Assembly: GCA_023300185.1 (NCBI GenBank)
Contig: CP097092.1
Location: forward strand, 1,018,115 to 1,082,114
Direction: 5' to 3'
Origin: Lancefieldella parvula
GTDB taxonomy: Bacteria; Actinomycetota; Coriobacteriia; Coriobacteriales; Atopobiaceae
Length of the DNA stretch: 64,000 nt
Made by a program: the position numbers and the translations under genes. Every line of letters starts with the position of its first letter. The stretch's first letter is position 1. Below, piece by piece: positions 1-8,815 of this stretch. The notes beneath the pieces are model-generated. The model was not told the origin of the DNA. It saw nothing but the letters and a program-made list of their open reading frames with translations, and ran no database searches.

Positions 1-1273
1 CCTCTATAAGACCCTGTAATTCCTGCTCAAGGGTCTCCCTGGTCAAATGACGTGGAAGCACCACAATGTTTTTGAGTTTAGGGTCAATCTCACCAGACTC
101 GATTGTTGGGAGTTCTGCAACACGTTCTGGGTCAGTAGCTTGAGGCAACAGGTTTACCAGCACCTCTTCTTCTCCGCGTACAACCCCTGTCTTCTTTGCA
201 TAGTCTTTGGGATAGCATGCTTTAACCTCACTGAGAGCTACTGCATTAAAGACATCTTTTTGCTCAACCTTCTCAAACGCAACACTGGTAGAAGCAGTTG
301 TAAGCGCCGTATAAAAATCTCTTTGATACCGTGCAAACTCTGACACCTTAGGCATTTGGCTTGCATGGCGAACAAACTCTTGAAGTGCACCGTCTGATGC
401 TTTAACGCCAAAATTCAACGTATCCATACCCTGGAAAATGACGGCATCAAAAGAATGTGGCTCAAAAGAATGAGCTTGGCTCACAGGAGCTATCAGCACC
501 TGAATATCAGACTGAATACCATTAGAAACAGGCATCATGACCGTCTGGTCTTTGCAAAGCTCAATAAAAGATTTGAGTGTCTGAGGAGTGAGCTTTAATC
601 CTGCCTCATGCAGCTCCTGTGCAGAAGAAACAATCTTGTTCATCACCTTAAGCGACTCTTGGTTTTGAAGAGATATTTCTTCAAATGGAACAACCTCTGC
701 CTGCTCATCAGATGTTTCTGCAGAAAGGTATTCAATAATGCGCTGAGCAGCAGAGCCAATTCTGCCAAGCTCAAGGCTCTTGATGGTCTCTGCGCACAAA
801 CGCGAGCTCATAGCTGCCTTAGAAAGCGTCTCAAGCACTCTGGTGGCATACAGCGTTCTATTACCACGCCAACTCTTATCCAGCATCCACGCGCGCTCAA
901 CGCTTATGCCTGAAATAGGTGAAATCAGATAGTCCGTAAGAGTACGTGGAGGCCACCACGACATATCCCCCATCTGATGGTCAGATGCCTGGTAGTCAAT
1001 GTTTTTCTCGAGTTCTGCACGTTCACTGAGCGTGACATACGCATCAATCAGACTAGCAAACGCACGTCCTGCAAGCGAGTCCTGAATGCGCACCGAACGC
1101 TTGTAGTGAGCAGCAATCCCCTTAGCCGCAAGCTTTTGCGAAAGTGCATCCCAAACCTTTTGCGGATTTGAGGTGTATACCACAAAGCTCTTGCTGCCAG
1201 ACTCAACACACTGAGAGATATACCTGCTGATAGACTCGGCCTCGGCATAGCTGACCCAGCGGCGACAAAAACG
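1..1273 (-). CDS. UvrD/PcrA-like SF1 helicase(-nuclease) subunit, downstream part; runs off the left edge of the window; out of frame with the upstream ORF 1203..2087
   Basis: My own minus-strand translation reads protein-like text continuously from position 1 to a stop at 1274-1276 (for example ...RYISQCVESGSKSFVVYTSNPQKVWDALSQKLAAKGIAAHYKRSVRIQDSLAGRAFASLIDAYVTLSERAEL... and AELPTIESGEIDPKLKNIVVLPRHLTRETLEQELQGLIE at the window start). This resembles the UvrD 2A/2B region (AVLYRTNAQS-like and YVTLSRA-like motifs). The plus-strand ORFs 47..343, 608..913 and 977..1171 translate to junk. Confidence 0.5.
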
Positions 1274-2087
1274 TTACTGCACCGCTCGGCGTAACCTCAT
1301 TACCCTCCGTGGCCCTGAACACCCTGGCGAGAAGATCGTTGAGCTCCTGACTTTTTGCGGCTGGCGCCGGCTCCGCATCCACACGACAATCGCATCCCGG
1401 GCCGCCAACCAACTCAAGCTGCTGCTCTGCTGCATAACCTGCAGGTCCTTCGGATACGTAGAGAGAAAACGTCACGTCCCGCTTCTGCGACAGCCTGCGC
1501 ACAAACTTAAGACGCACCTCCGAAAGATCTTCAACTCGCGAGAAGATCAGTGCAGGTCCTTGCGCTGGGATGGACTGCAGCAGATAATCCAGACACTGGC
1601 ACACCTCAACGTAAGACTTTTCTTCAAGCAGCATCTTGTAGCGCTCTAGCACCTTACAAGCACTCATCTGACCGGCAGAAAGTTGACCAGAGTCCACAAT
1701 CTGATCAAGCTCTGTAAGATACTCTGGAGCAAGCTTAGACAGAAGCTCCACGGTACCCTTGCTCGTAGTTAAAGTGCCTAGCTCATCAGCAGACATTCCA
1801 TCCAGAATCTGCTGGAAAAATACCTTGCGAAGCGTATTTGAAAGCAGACGATCTGAGCTTCCATACAGCTTCCATTGATCGCGCATCCACTCATCAAAAG
1901 TTGAAACATTCACGCCAACAGAGAGCTCTTGGATGGCTCCAAGCTGTCTCTTAACTAACAACACAGTATCGGAAGAAGGCACTATAAGCTGAGCAGACCC
2001 CCACCTCTCAAGTGAAGCCCTTAGCTGCTCTTGAATAGAGTTTGATAAGAAAGCACCTGTTTGTTGTTTGTACAGAAGCAAGCCCAT
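1203..2087 (-). CDS. N-terminal portion of the same helicase-like gene (degenerate Walker region, AddB/AdnA-like), separated from the downstream part by an apparent frameshift at an A5 run near 1266-1270
   Basis: 294-aa ORF ending ...VTFLSPLGQLCRGRVYQQVYLSVC*. The downstream frame opens immediately after the stop at 1274-1276. An A5 homopolymer lies in the overlap. Confidence 0.45.
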   Translation of the reverse strand: MGLLLYKQQTGAFLSNSIQEQLRASLERWGSAQLIVPSSDTVLLVKRQLGAIQELSVGVNVSTFDEWMRDQWKLYGSSDRLLSNTLRKVFFQQILDGMSADELGTLTTSKGTVELLSKLAPEYLTELDQIVDSGQLSAGQMSACKVLERYKMLLEEKSYVEVCQCLDYLLQSIPAQGPALIFSRVEDLSEVRLKFVRRLSQKRDVTFSLYVSEGPAGYAAEQQLELVGGPGCDCRVDAEPAPAAKSQELNDLLARVFRATEGNEVTPSGAVTFLSPLGQLCRGRVYQQVYLSVC

Positions 2088-2194
2088 ACGTCACCTCTCC
2101 GATTTTTCTTACTTCTAAAGTTACCACGCACACCGGACATAAATTAGAATCAAACTAAACAACAACTAAAAATCCCGTCATCAAAAGGATTTTC

Positions 2195-3034
2195 ATGATT
2201 ATTTTGCTTCCACCATCGTCAGGAAAAACCGCCCCCACCTCGGGGCCTTCTCTTGATCTCTCATCGCTTTTGTTTGGTTCTGAACTCATTACCTGTCGAG
2301 AAGAACTTATCAAAGATCTACAACAGGTATGTTCTGATGCAGACGCAGCTCAGGTGCTTAAAATTGGTCCTAATACCGTCGGTGACATTGCCGACAACCT
2401 AGACGTCTATGAAGCTCCAACCACAACCGCGCTCAATCTCTATACTGGCGTACTTTTTGAGGCTGCAAAATTCAATCAAACACTTGAAAACGTCACGATA
2501 GAAAACACGCAGAAAACGGCCACATTACCAGCAGATATCCTCAACTCAGAAATCATGATTTTCTCTGGTCTTTGGGGTGTTGTAAGACCGCACGATCTTC
2601 TCCCCAACTATAGACTGTCTGCCTCAATCAAGCTGCCCACCGTTGGTAACGTTGCAACTTACTGGAAAAAGCAGCTTAATCCCCTGTTAAACGCTGCTCT
2701 AAAAGATCAAATAGTTGTAGATTGTCGCTCGGGTGAATACAGAAAGATGTGGACGCCTTCGGCAAAGCACCCTAGCGAGCTGCTGCAAGTTGTCGTACAG
2801 CGAGAAGATCCTGGTACGGGAAAGCGCAGTGTTGTATCGCATAACGCAAAACATATGCGTGGTGTACTTGCAGGCGCCCTCTTTGAGCAACGCGTAAACG
2901 GAAAACTTTCTAAAGAAGTTAGCGTGTCTCAAATTGTAGAAATTGCGAGCAATCTACCAGGCGTCATTGATGTTGACGTAAGCACAGCAAATGCTTCTGG
3001 AGAATCAGCGCTTACGCTAGTCACTGGTCGCTAG
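2195..3034 (+). CDS. yaaA: peroxide stress protein YaaA (DUF328/UPF0246)
   Basis: 279 aa; the SGLWGVVRP...HDLLPNYRLS block matches the YaaA family signature YSGLYGLLRPLD. Size is typical. Confidence 0.7.
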   Translation: MIILLPPSSGKTAPTSGPSLDLSSLLFGSELITCREELIKDLQQVCSDADAAQVLKIGPNTVGDIADNLDVYEAPTTTALNLYTGVLFEAAKFNQTLENVTIENTQKTATLPADILNSEIMIFSGLWGVVRPHDLLPNYRLSASIKLPTVGNVATYWKKQLNPLLNAALKDQIVVDCRSGEYRKMWTPSAKHPSELLQVVVQREDPGTGKRSVVSHNAKHMRGVLAGALFEQRVNGKLSKEVSVSQIVEIASNLPGVIDVDVSTANASGESALTLVTGR

Positions 3035-3073
3035 TCAAAACTAAGCCAAAACCTTCAAAATAGACCTGCATAA

Positions 3074-3540
3074 TTGAACTGCCTCCCATTTCTTGGACAC
3101 GAGAAATAGAAAGCAGTTCAAAACACACCTAAGTCGGATAATCTGTCAAAAAGACATATACATGACGCAGAAATTGCCACAAACATGCAGATTATCGTCA
3201 TTAGGTGTGTAAAATGCCCGCATCTGAGCAGATTATCCGACTTAGGTGTGTTCCGTAGATACGAAATTTACCTATAGTTAAATCTTTTATATGACGTTAT
3301 TCATTTTCTAGCATATTAGATGAGGTTTATGCATAAAGATGCATATCAGGTAGTGCGACCGCCTAGCTGCCTGCTATCTTGATTAAGAGCTAGTCGATTC
3401 TTCAGCAGAACCTACCAAAGCTACGCTATTTTGTGAGCCAGGCCTAAAAGCCGACGCTAACACGCTACAGAATCATAATCACCCGCATGTGAACTGCCTC
3501 CCATTTCTTATGTCCAAGAAATGGGAGGCAGTTCAAATTT
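3074..3540 (-). repeat. copy A of an approximately 460-bp non-coding structured repeat element (terminal 44-bp palindromic hairpins, internal triple 22-bp inverted motif), inserted in a split terminator stem
   Basis: Ends are gaactgcctcccatttcttggacacgagaaatagaaagcagttc and gaactgcctcccatttcttatgtccaagaaatgggaggcagttc. The internal motif cacacctaagtcggataatctg occurs three times in alternating orientation. This copy is the near-identical reverse complement of 18992..19450 and 45149..45552. It is flanked by a perfect 16-bp inverted repeat (aaatagacctgcataa at 3058-3073, ttatgcaggtctattt at 3541-3556). Confidence 0.75.
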
Positions 3541-3557
3541 TTATGCAGGTCTATTTA

Positions 3558-3989
3558 TTAACGAATCACAATCCGACTAAGACAGATAAATACAAAAAGA
3601 CCTATACCTGTATTGACAATTTTTCCACCTAAACCCAAATCTATGTACGCTAAACAGTAAATAAATAGAACTGAGAACAACCAAATAACTAGACACAAAC
3701 ATAGACTTTTAATTATCTTTTGAACTGTCCCGTCATTAAGAATGCGATATGCCTTATCAAAGACACAAGCAACAAAAATGCACATTACAAAAGAAACCAA
3801 TGGCACATTACAATAAACATCATCATTAGGAATTAAAATCACAGGAAAGGGAAATCCAAAAATTAAACTAAGCAAACAAAAGCCTAGTATTCTAGCGGGA
3901 TTGAATGCACGCAGGTGTGGCGTTTTTGTTACATTCTCAGATGTGTTATTAGAAAAATCTTTATGTTTAAAAAACGTAAAAGAGCTCAT
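3558..3989 (-). CDS. hypothetical small multi-pass membrane protein (low-GC gene)
   Basis: 143-aa ORF with several hydrophobic helices in an AT-rich stretch. I see no recognisable family. Confidence 0.4.
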   Translation of the reverse strand: MSSFTFFKHKDFSNNTSENVTKTPHLRAFNPARILGFCLLSLIFGFPFPVILIPNDDVYCNVPLVSFVMCIFVACVFDKAYRILNDGTVQKIIKSLCLCLVIWLFSVLFIYCLAYIDLGLGGKIVNTGIGLFVFICLSRIVIR

Positions 3990-4082
3990 CTCTGTACTCC
4001 TTCAGTTTATATAAAGCATATTTTATCTGATACTAAAATTGTTTCTAATATCAACTCAATTTCTTAGATGACATAGCAAAAA

Positions 4083-5216
4083 CTATTTAGCAGAAAATTT
4101 CTGTTTGACCTGCCTCATCAGCCACTGGAACACCATAACTACAACAATTGTGACTACAAAGACAAAGATGCCTCGTACAAAAGCGTTACCAAGCAAGCTG
4201 TACGGGAATCGACCAAGTCTTAGTCCCAAGAAGTTAATAACAGGAATCTGGAACAGATAAACTCCTAAAACACCAGCAGATACCGTGCTGATGCATTTCT
4301 TGACACCATCGGAAAGCTCCTGCAGCCTTGGCTCAAGATTCAGCACAAACAGGAACAAAGATGCCGCTTGTACTACACAAAGGAAGTTTTTAATAGCAAC
4401 TGGATAACTCTGATACGTCATTTCTGGAGTCAATGGGGTTCCAAAGTTGTTAGCAATAAGTCCCCAGACAAACATAGCCGCAGACGAAAGTAAGAAAATT
4501 ACAGCAAGTACTAAATTGTTTTTAGTAAATTTTGGAAGCTCATCGTAATACGTCTTAACGTAATATCCCAGCAGATAGTAGAAAAGGCCATCGCTGTTAA
4601 ACGCAGCCCATCTAAACAGCTGATCAAAGTAAACACCACGAACGCCAATGAACTCAAGAAGCGGCAATCCAAAGCTCACAAAGAGCGTAAGCGCCATAAC
4701 ATAGAGCAGAGTCTCTTTCTTTTGAACTACCAGAGAAAGAACAGGTGTCAAAAGATACAGATACAAAATGGTATAGATGAACCAAAGCGTGCTATTGATA
4801 TTGTTAGTCATAAAACGCTTAATAAAATCAACAACACCAGCACTTGCAGCAACCTCTTCGGCACCCCAAAACTTTGTAGGAAAAAGCACGTACATCAGAT
4901 ACACCACTGCGCTGCCAAAAATAAGCGCCATCAGCGTCTTTCTTGCACGCTTCATAAAGAATGTCTTTGTGGAGTATTTACTTCTATATCCAAGCAAATT
5001 CATACCACTCAGCATAAAAAAGATGGGTACCGCGTAAATAAACGCAGCTTGCAGAGCTAAAGAGAAGGCCCATGTTTTAGTGTGCGCAAGAGAAAAAACG
5101 TTAAGCGAGGTATGCAGCATAACAACAGCAATACCTGCCAAAATGGTAAGAACATCTGCAAAAACAAAGCGCTTCTTGGTAGCAATTGCTTTTGAAGAAA
5201 CTGTAGCTTTTTCCAC
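4083..5216 (-). CDS. acyltransferase family 3 (OafA/OatA-like membrane O-acyltransferase)
   Basis: 377 aa with about 10 TM segments. The N-terminal LTILAGIAVVMLHT and FFMLSGM motifs are typical of the Acyl_transf_3 family. Confidence 0.5.
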   Translation of the reverse strand: MEKATVSSKAIATKKRFVFADVLTILAGIAVVMLHTSLNVFSLAHTKTWAFSLALQAAFIYAVPIFFMLSGMNLLGYRSKYSTKTFFMKRARKTLMALIFGSAVVYLMYVLFPTKFWGAEEVAASAGVVDFIKRFMTNNINSTLWFIYTILYLYLLTPVLSLVVQKKETLLYVMALTLFVSFGLPLLEFIGVRGVYFDQLFRWAAFNSDGLFYYLLGYYVKTYYDELPKFTKNNLVLAVIFLLSSAAMFVWGLIANNFGTPLTPEMTYQSYPVAIKNFLCVVQAASLFLFVLNLEPRLQELSDGVKKCISTVSAGVLGVYLFQIPVINFLGLRLGRFPYSLLGNAFVRGIFVFVVTIVVVMVFQWLMRQVKQKFSAK

Positions 5217-5288
5217 GGGCTTCTCCCCAAATCAATCAATCTTCCTCTATGCTTAGTATACGAAAAGTACCAGCAGGAAAGAGGCATC

Positions 5289-6515
5289 ATGGCAAATGTC
5301 GTTGACTATCTACACTGGCGCGGCGATCTCACGTTTGAAAATGACCCTTTTAACAACGTCGATAACCTGATTCTCTCAATCCTTTCCTATCTGGGATTTG
5401 GCGGCGTCGTGCCTTCTGAACGTAGCGAGAAGCGCGTTCAGCTTGGTGACGCTTGCGCCAAAATGCTGGAGAAACTTAAAGATGACCCGTCTCTTATCAC
5501 GGGATTTTCTCGCGTTGATGGAACTTTCCTTGAGGCACTGGTCAACGCTCCCCGCTTTGCCAACATTGAGCTTGGCCGCTATGTAGACCGCATTAATGTC
5601 GAGAAAAACCTGCAGTTTGCAGCGTTTACCGCCTATCTTCCTACAGGACAGATATTTGTTTCTTTTAGAGGAACTGACGGCACGCTCGTTGGCTGGCGAG
5701 AAAACCTTAACCTTAGCTTCCAGGTTACGTCCGCTGATAAGTCGGCGGCACTATACCTTGAGAAACGTATTCGCGAACACCTTGCAGCAGGCAATAGCAC
5801 TACCTGCGCAAATGTTATGGTTGGTGGCCACTCTAAGGGCGGCAACCTTGCGGCATATGCAGCAACAGTCTGCCCTGAAGAACTACTCGGCACAATTGAT
5901 CGCGTCTGGAGTAACGACGGTCCTAACATGTGTCCAGAAATTCTTCCCGCCACAGCCCACAAGGTGCTTGGAGATAAATACATCAGAATTTTGCCTGAGT
6001 TTAGTGTAGTTGGCATGATTTTTGATGATCCTGCTGTACCAAAGCTCATTGTAAAAAGCTCTGAGTCTGGCATGCTGGCGCACGACGGCGTTTCATGGCA
6101 GGTCATGCGCGACACCTTTGAGCTTGCTGACGACTTCCAGCTGGAATGTAAAAAGATTAACGAGGCATTTAGCAACTGGTATAAAGAACTCCCGCTCTCT
6201 GATCGTGAGCACTTTACCAATGAGCTCTTTGACGCCCTCTCGGCAGGCGGAGCAGTCTATTTCAGCGACATTATTAGCTCGCCCGCAAACTTACAGCCTG
6301 TTGTTGCGGCACTCACTAAAACAGAAAAGCAAACCAAAGAAGTCTTCTTCGACCTCCTTAGTTCGCTTGTCAATGCATCCGCAACATCTTTAATTGAAAA
6401 TATTACCGAGTCATCGCAGATCTCTCAGATTACCTCTGCTATCTCGGAAAGTTTTGCCAAGCTTGATAAAGCCCAAAAGGAACTTAGGAAAGGTTCTCCT
6501 TCTTCAGACCAGTAA
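5289..6515 (+). CDS. DUF2974 (Mbeg1-like) alpha/beta-hydrolase, lipase-like
   Basis: 408 aa with a GHSKGGNLAAYAA nucleophile-elbow (GHSxG) motif and Mbeg1-like architecture. Confidence 0.55.
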   Translation: MANVVDYLHWRGDLTFENDPFNNVDNLILSILSYLGFGGVVPSERSEKRVQLGDACAKMLEKLKDDPSLITGFSRVDGTFLEALVNAPRFANIELGRYVDRINVEKNLQFAAFTAYLPTGQIFVSFRGTDGTLVGWRENLNLSFQVTSADKSAALYLEKRIREHLAAGNSTTCANVMVGGHSKGGNLAAYAATVCPEELLGTIDRVWSNDGPNMCPEILPATAHKVLGDKYIRILPEFSVVGMIFDDPAVPKLIVKSSESGMLAHDGVSWQVMRDTFELADDFQLECKKINEAFSNWYKELPLSDREHFTNELFDALSAGGAVYFSDIISSPANLQPVVAALTKTEKQTKEVFFDLLSSLVNASATSLIENITESSQISQITSAISESFAKLDKAQKELRKGSPSSDQ

Positions 6516-6891
6516 GGCTAATCACAATTGAAGAGACAATTGAAATAACTATTGATCCCAGGATAGCGGTACCTAAAGAATCAATAGCAATGCCTGCATG
6601 CAGCAAATTCCTAGAAATAAAACTTGAAAGCTCAAGCATAAAAGCATTGATAAAGAGCGAGAAAATACCTAGGGTCAGCACATTAATAGGCAATGAGAGT
6701 AGCTTAACAACAGGCTTAATGCCCGTATTGACTGCTGCGAGTACTAATGAGAACAGAATAGGACCTGCCCACGAGCCTCCCACAATAGTTAGACCTGGAA
6801 TTAAGGTGCAGGCCACCAACGTAGCAACAGTAGTTACGAGCCATGTTGCAACAAATGTCATACTAACCTCTCTTTGAAAAAAGCCCGGCAA
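6484..6891 (-). CDS. holin-like small membrane protein (DUF360/YvlD-like; phage_holin_4_2 family); the true start is probably the internal Met near 6861
   Basis: 135 aa with 4 predicted TM helices and the composition of the family. The start is ambiguous (MPGFF... versus MTFVATWLV...). Confidence 0.5.
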   Translation of the reverse strand: MPGFFQREVSMTFVATWLVTTVATLVACTLIPGLTIVGGSWAGPILFSLVLAAVNTGIKPVVKLLSLPINVLTLGIFSLFINAFMLELSSFISRNLLHAGIAIDSLGTAILGSIVISIVSSIVISLTGLKKENLS

Positions 6892-6929
6892 AAGCCGGGC
6901 TTAACGTGCACAGTATGTAAGCCGTTAGC

Positions 6930-7202
6930 TTACTCGCCGAAGCCGCTGTCAACGAGAGCGACAAGAGCGTCAAGAGCTGCCTGCTCGTCAGCGCCGTCGC
7001 ATGCAATCTCAATCTTGGTGCCAGTACCAAGGCCAGCAGCAAGAATCATCATGATGGACTTAGCGTTAACTGGTGCGGAGTCCTTGTCAACATTCTTGAT
7101 GGTGACGTTGCTCTCAAACTTCTTTGCCTCAGAAACAAAGACGGATGCTGGACGAGCGTGAAGACCAGTTGCATTGATGATAGTAGTCTGCTTTGAAACC
7201 AT
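6930..7202 (-). CDS. ptsH: phosphocarrier protein HPr
   Basis: 90 aa; active-site His in TGLHARPAS; size and overall sequence typical of HPr. Confidence 0.85.
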   Translation of the reverse strand: MVSKQTTIINATGLHARPASVFVSEAKKFESNVTIKNVDKDSAPVNAKSIMMILAAGLGTGTKIEIACDGADEQAALDALVALVDSGFGE

Positions 7203-7385
7203 AAGTGGACTCCCCTTCCGGAAACCAAAAATCTACTCGAGAGTTATTCTCGATTAATCGTTACTATCGTAACAAAACATAACGTATTATATCCAATCTT
7301 ATTTCCAGAAAGAACCAAATTAGACTATGATTTGCTCAAAAACAGGGTAAAAATAAAAAGTCGGAACTCTTATAGGAGGTTCACC

Positions 7386-8696
7386 ATGGCTGAAAACGAT
7401 ATCCAAAACTCTAAAACCGAGGATTTGGACACAATAGATACTCAAACAACAACTTCTGATGAACAGAATGAGTCTGAGAACACACCTGAAGTCAGCAAGT
7501 CCCAGGACATTCAAAAGATTGCCAAAGACACTACTCAGGTTGTAGCAAAGGGCGTAAGCAGTGCGTTTGAGAGCGCCACAACCGCTGTTGCAGAAGGTTT
7601 CCAGGCTACCAAAGAAGTCCACAACGCTGCCAAAGAGACAAACTCTGCAAAGCAAGAGCTTAAGCAGATGCAAGAACACCTTGCTCAAGACAAGCAAGAC
7701 TTAGAGCACAGAGACTACGTGCAGAGTTCGTTTGATCAAATAATTGCTGAGCAAGAGAAAATTTTTGCAGAGACCGCTCAGGTCATGAGTGATCAATCTA
7801 CGCAGGTGGATCTTCTCACGGTTAAGAAAAACCAGCTTATTCAGAAGCTTGAACAGCAAAAAGTTGACGACGAAGCAAAGATTAAGCCTTACAAAGAAGT
7901 TGCTGCCACAGCAAAAGGCAGGCTGGATGATATCTCAAAGACAATCTCCGAGGCGCAGCGTGGTGTCAAAAACGCCGAGGCTCAGCTTAAAGAAGTTACC
8001 GAGAAACGCGATGCTGCTGTAGCGTCTGCAAATAAAGCACTGGAAAACTCCCAGGCAAGACAGCTTTCTCTGAGAGAAGAGCTTGCTGGTCTTAAGACAG
8101 ACCCTGCTGCTAACCACGATGCAATTGTTCGTATTGAGGAAGACCTAAAGTCAGAGCTTGCTCGTGCAGAGCAGGCCCAAAAGCAAGTTGAGGAACTACA
8201 GAACTCTTTCCAGTCTTCACTTGAGATGGCACAAACGCATTACTGGACCCAGGGCAAATCGTTGGAGTCCTCAGAGTCTTCTATTGATGCGGCTCGCAAA
8301 GATTATGAGCAGAAACAGCAAGAATATGACGCCGTAGTAGCTGAGGCCAATGCTCGTCAGAGGATTCTGAGCAAAGATATAGAGGGTCTTGAAGAGAAAA
8401 TTAAGACAGCCAAGGAGCTCTTTAACGAGGCAGCAGATAAACATGATGAAGCACAGTCAGTCATTGATGACGCTAAAGAAATTCATGCAACACCAGAAAT
8501 TACTGAGCAGCTCAGAAAGTCTGTTAACGAGCAAGTAATTAACATCAATACCAAGCAGCTCACCCTTAAAGAGCTTATTACTGGCGAGAAAATCCTTCGA
8601 GAGACAACTCGTGGTCAGCGCATTGGCTTCATCATTGTTGTTCTTGGCATGATAGCGATTCTTGCGTCTTTTGTTTGGCTGATTTTTAACTGGTAA
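7386..8696 (+). CDS. long coiled-coil, C-terminally membrane-anchored protein of unknown function
   Basis: An AGGAGG RBS at 7373-7378 precedes ATG 7386. The N-terminus is acidic with low complexity. About 350 aa are Q/E/K/A-rich heptad-like sequence. A single C-terminal TM (IGFIIVVLGMIAILASFVWLIFNW) ends the protein. Confidence 0.6.
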   Translation: MAENDIQNSKTEDLDTIDTQTTTSDEQNESENTPEVSKSQDIQKIAKDTTQVVAKGVSSAFESATTAVAEGFQATKEVHNAAKETNSAKQELKQMQEHLAQDKQDLEHRDYVQSSFDQIIAEQEKIFAETAQVMSDQSTQVDLLTVKKNQLIQKLEQQKVDDEAKIKPYKEVAATAKGRLDDISKTISEAQRGVKNAEAQLKEVTEKRDAAVASANKALENSQARQLSLREELAGLKTDPAANHDAIVRIEEDLKSELARAEQAQKQVEELQNSFQSSLEMAQTHYWTQGKSLESSESSIDAARKDYEQKQQEYDAVVAEANARQRILSKDIEGLEEKIKTAKELFNEAADKHDEAQSVIDDAKEIHATPEITEQLRKSVNEQVININTKQLTLKELITGEKILRETTRGQRIGFIIVVLGMIAILASFVWLIFNW

Positions 8697-8815
8697 TTTA
8701 GTCTTTGCCCAGACAAATCATCGTATGAAAAAAGTGCTCACACTACTGTGGGCACTTTTTCTACATCTAAACTCTCAAGTTAAACGTAAGGGTCATGGTC
8801 ACGTAACCAAACTCG

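Noticed and set aside
47-1171. Plus-strand ORFs 47..343, 608..913 and 977..1171
   Set aside because: Their translations are low-complexity junk. The minus strand reads a continuous helicase-like protein through this whole region.
3074-3540. The repeat element as a known structured RNA (tmRNA, SRP RNA, 6S) or protein-coding IS
   Set aside because: It has no tRNA-like or tag-reading-frame features, no SRP domain IV motif, and no ORF of credible length or composition. Three near-identical dispersed copies argue for a repeat or mobile element rather than a single-copy ncRNA gene.
4722-5060. Plus-strand ORFs inside the acyltransferase gene (4722..5060, 4777..5037)
   Set aside because: They lie antisense within a well-supported membrane-protein gene, with junk-like translation.
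5633-6220. Minus-strand 195-aa ORF and other small ORFs inside the DUF2974 gene
   Set aside because: Antisense shadow ORFs in a GC-moderate gene. No motifs.
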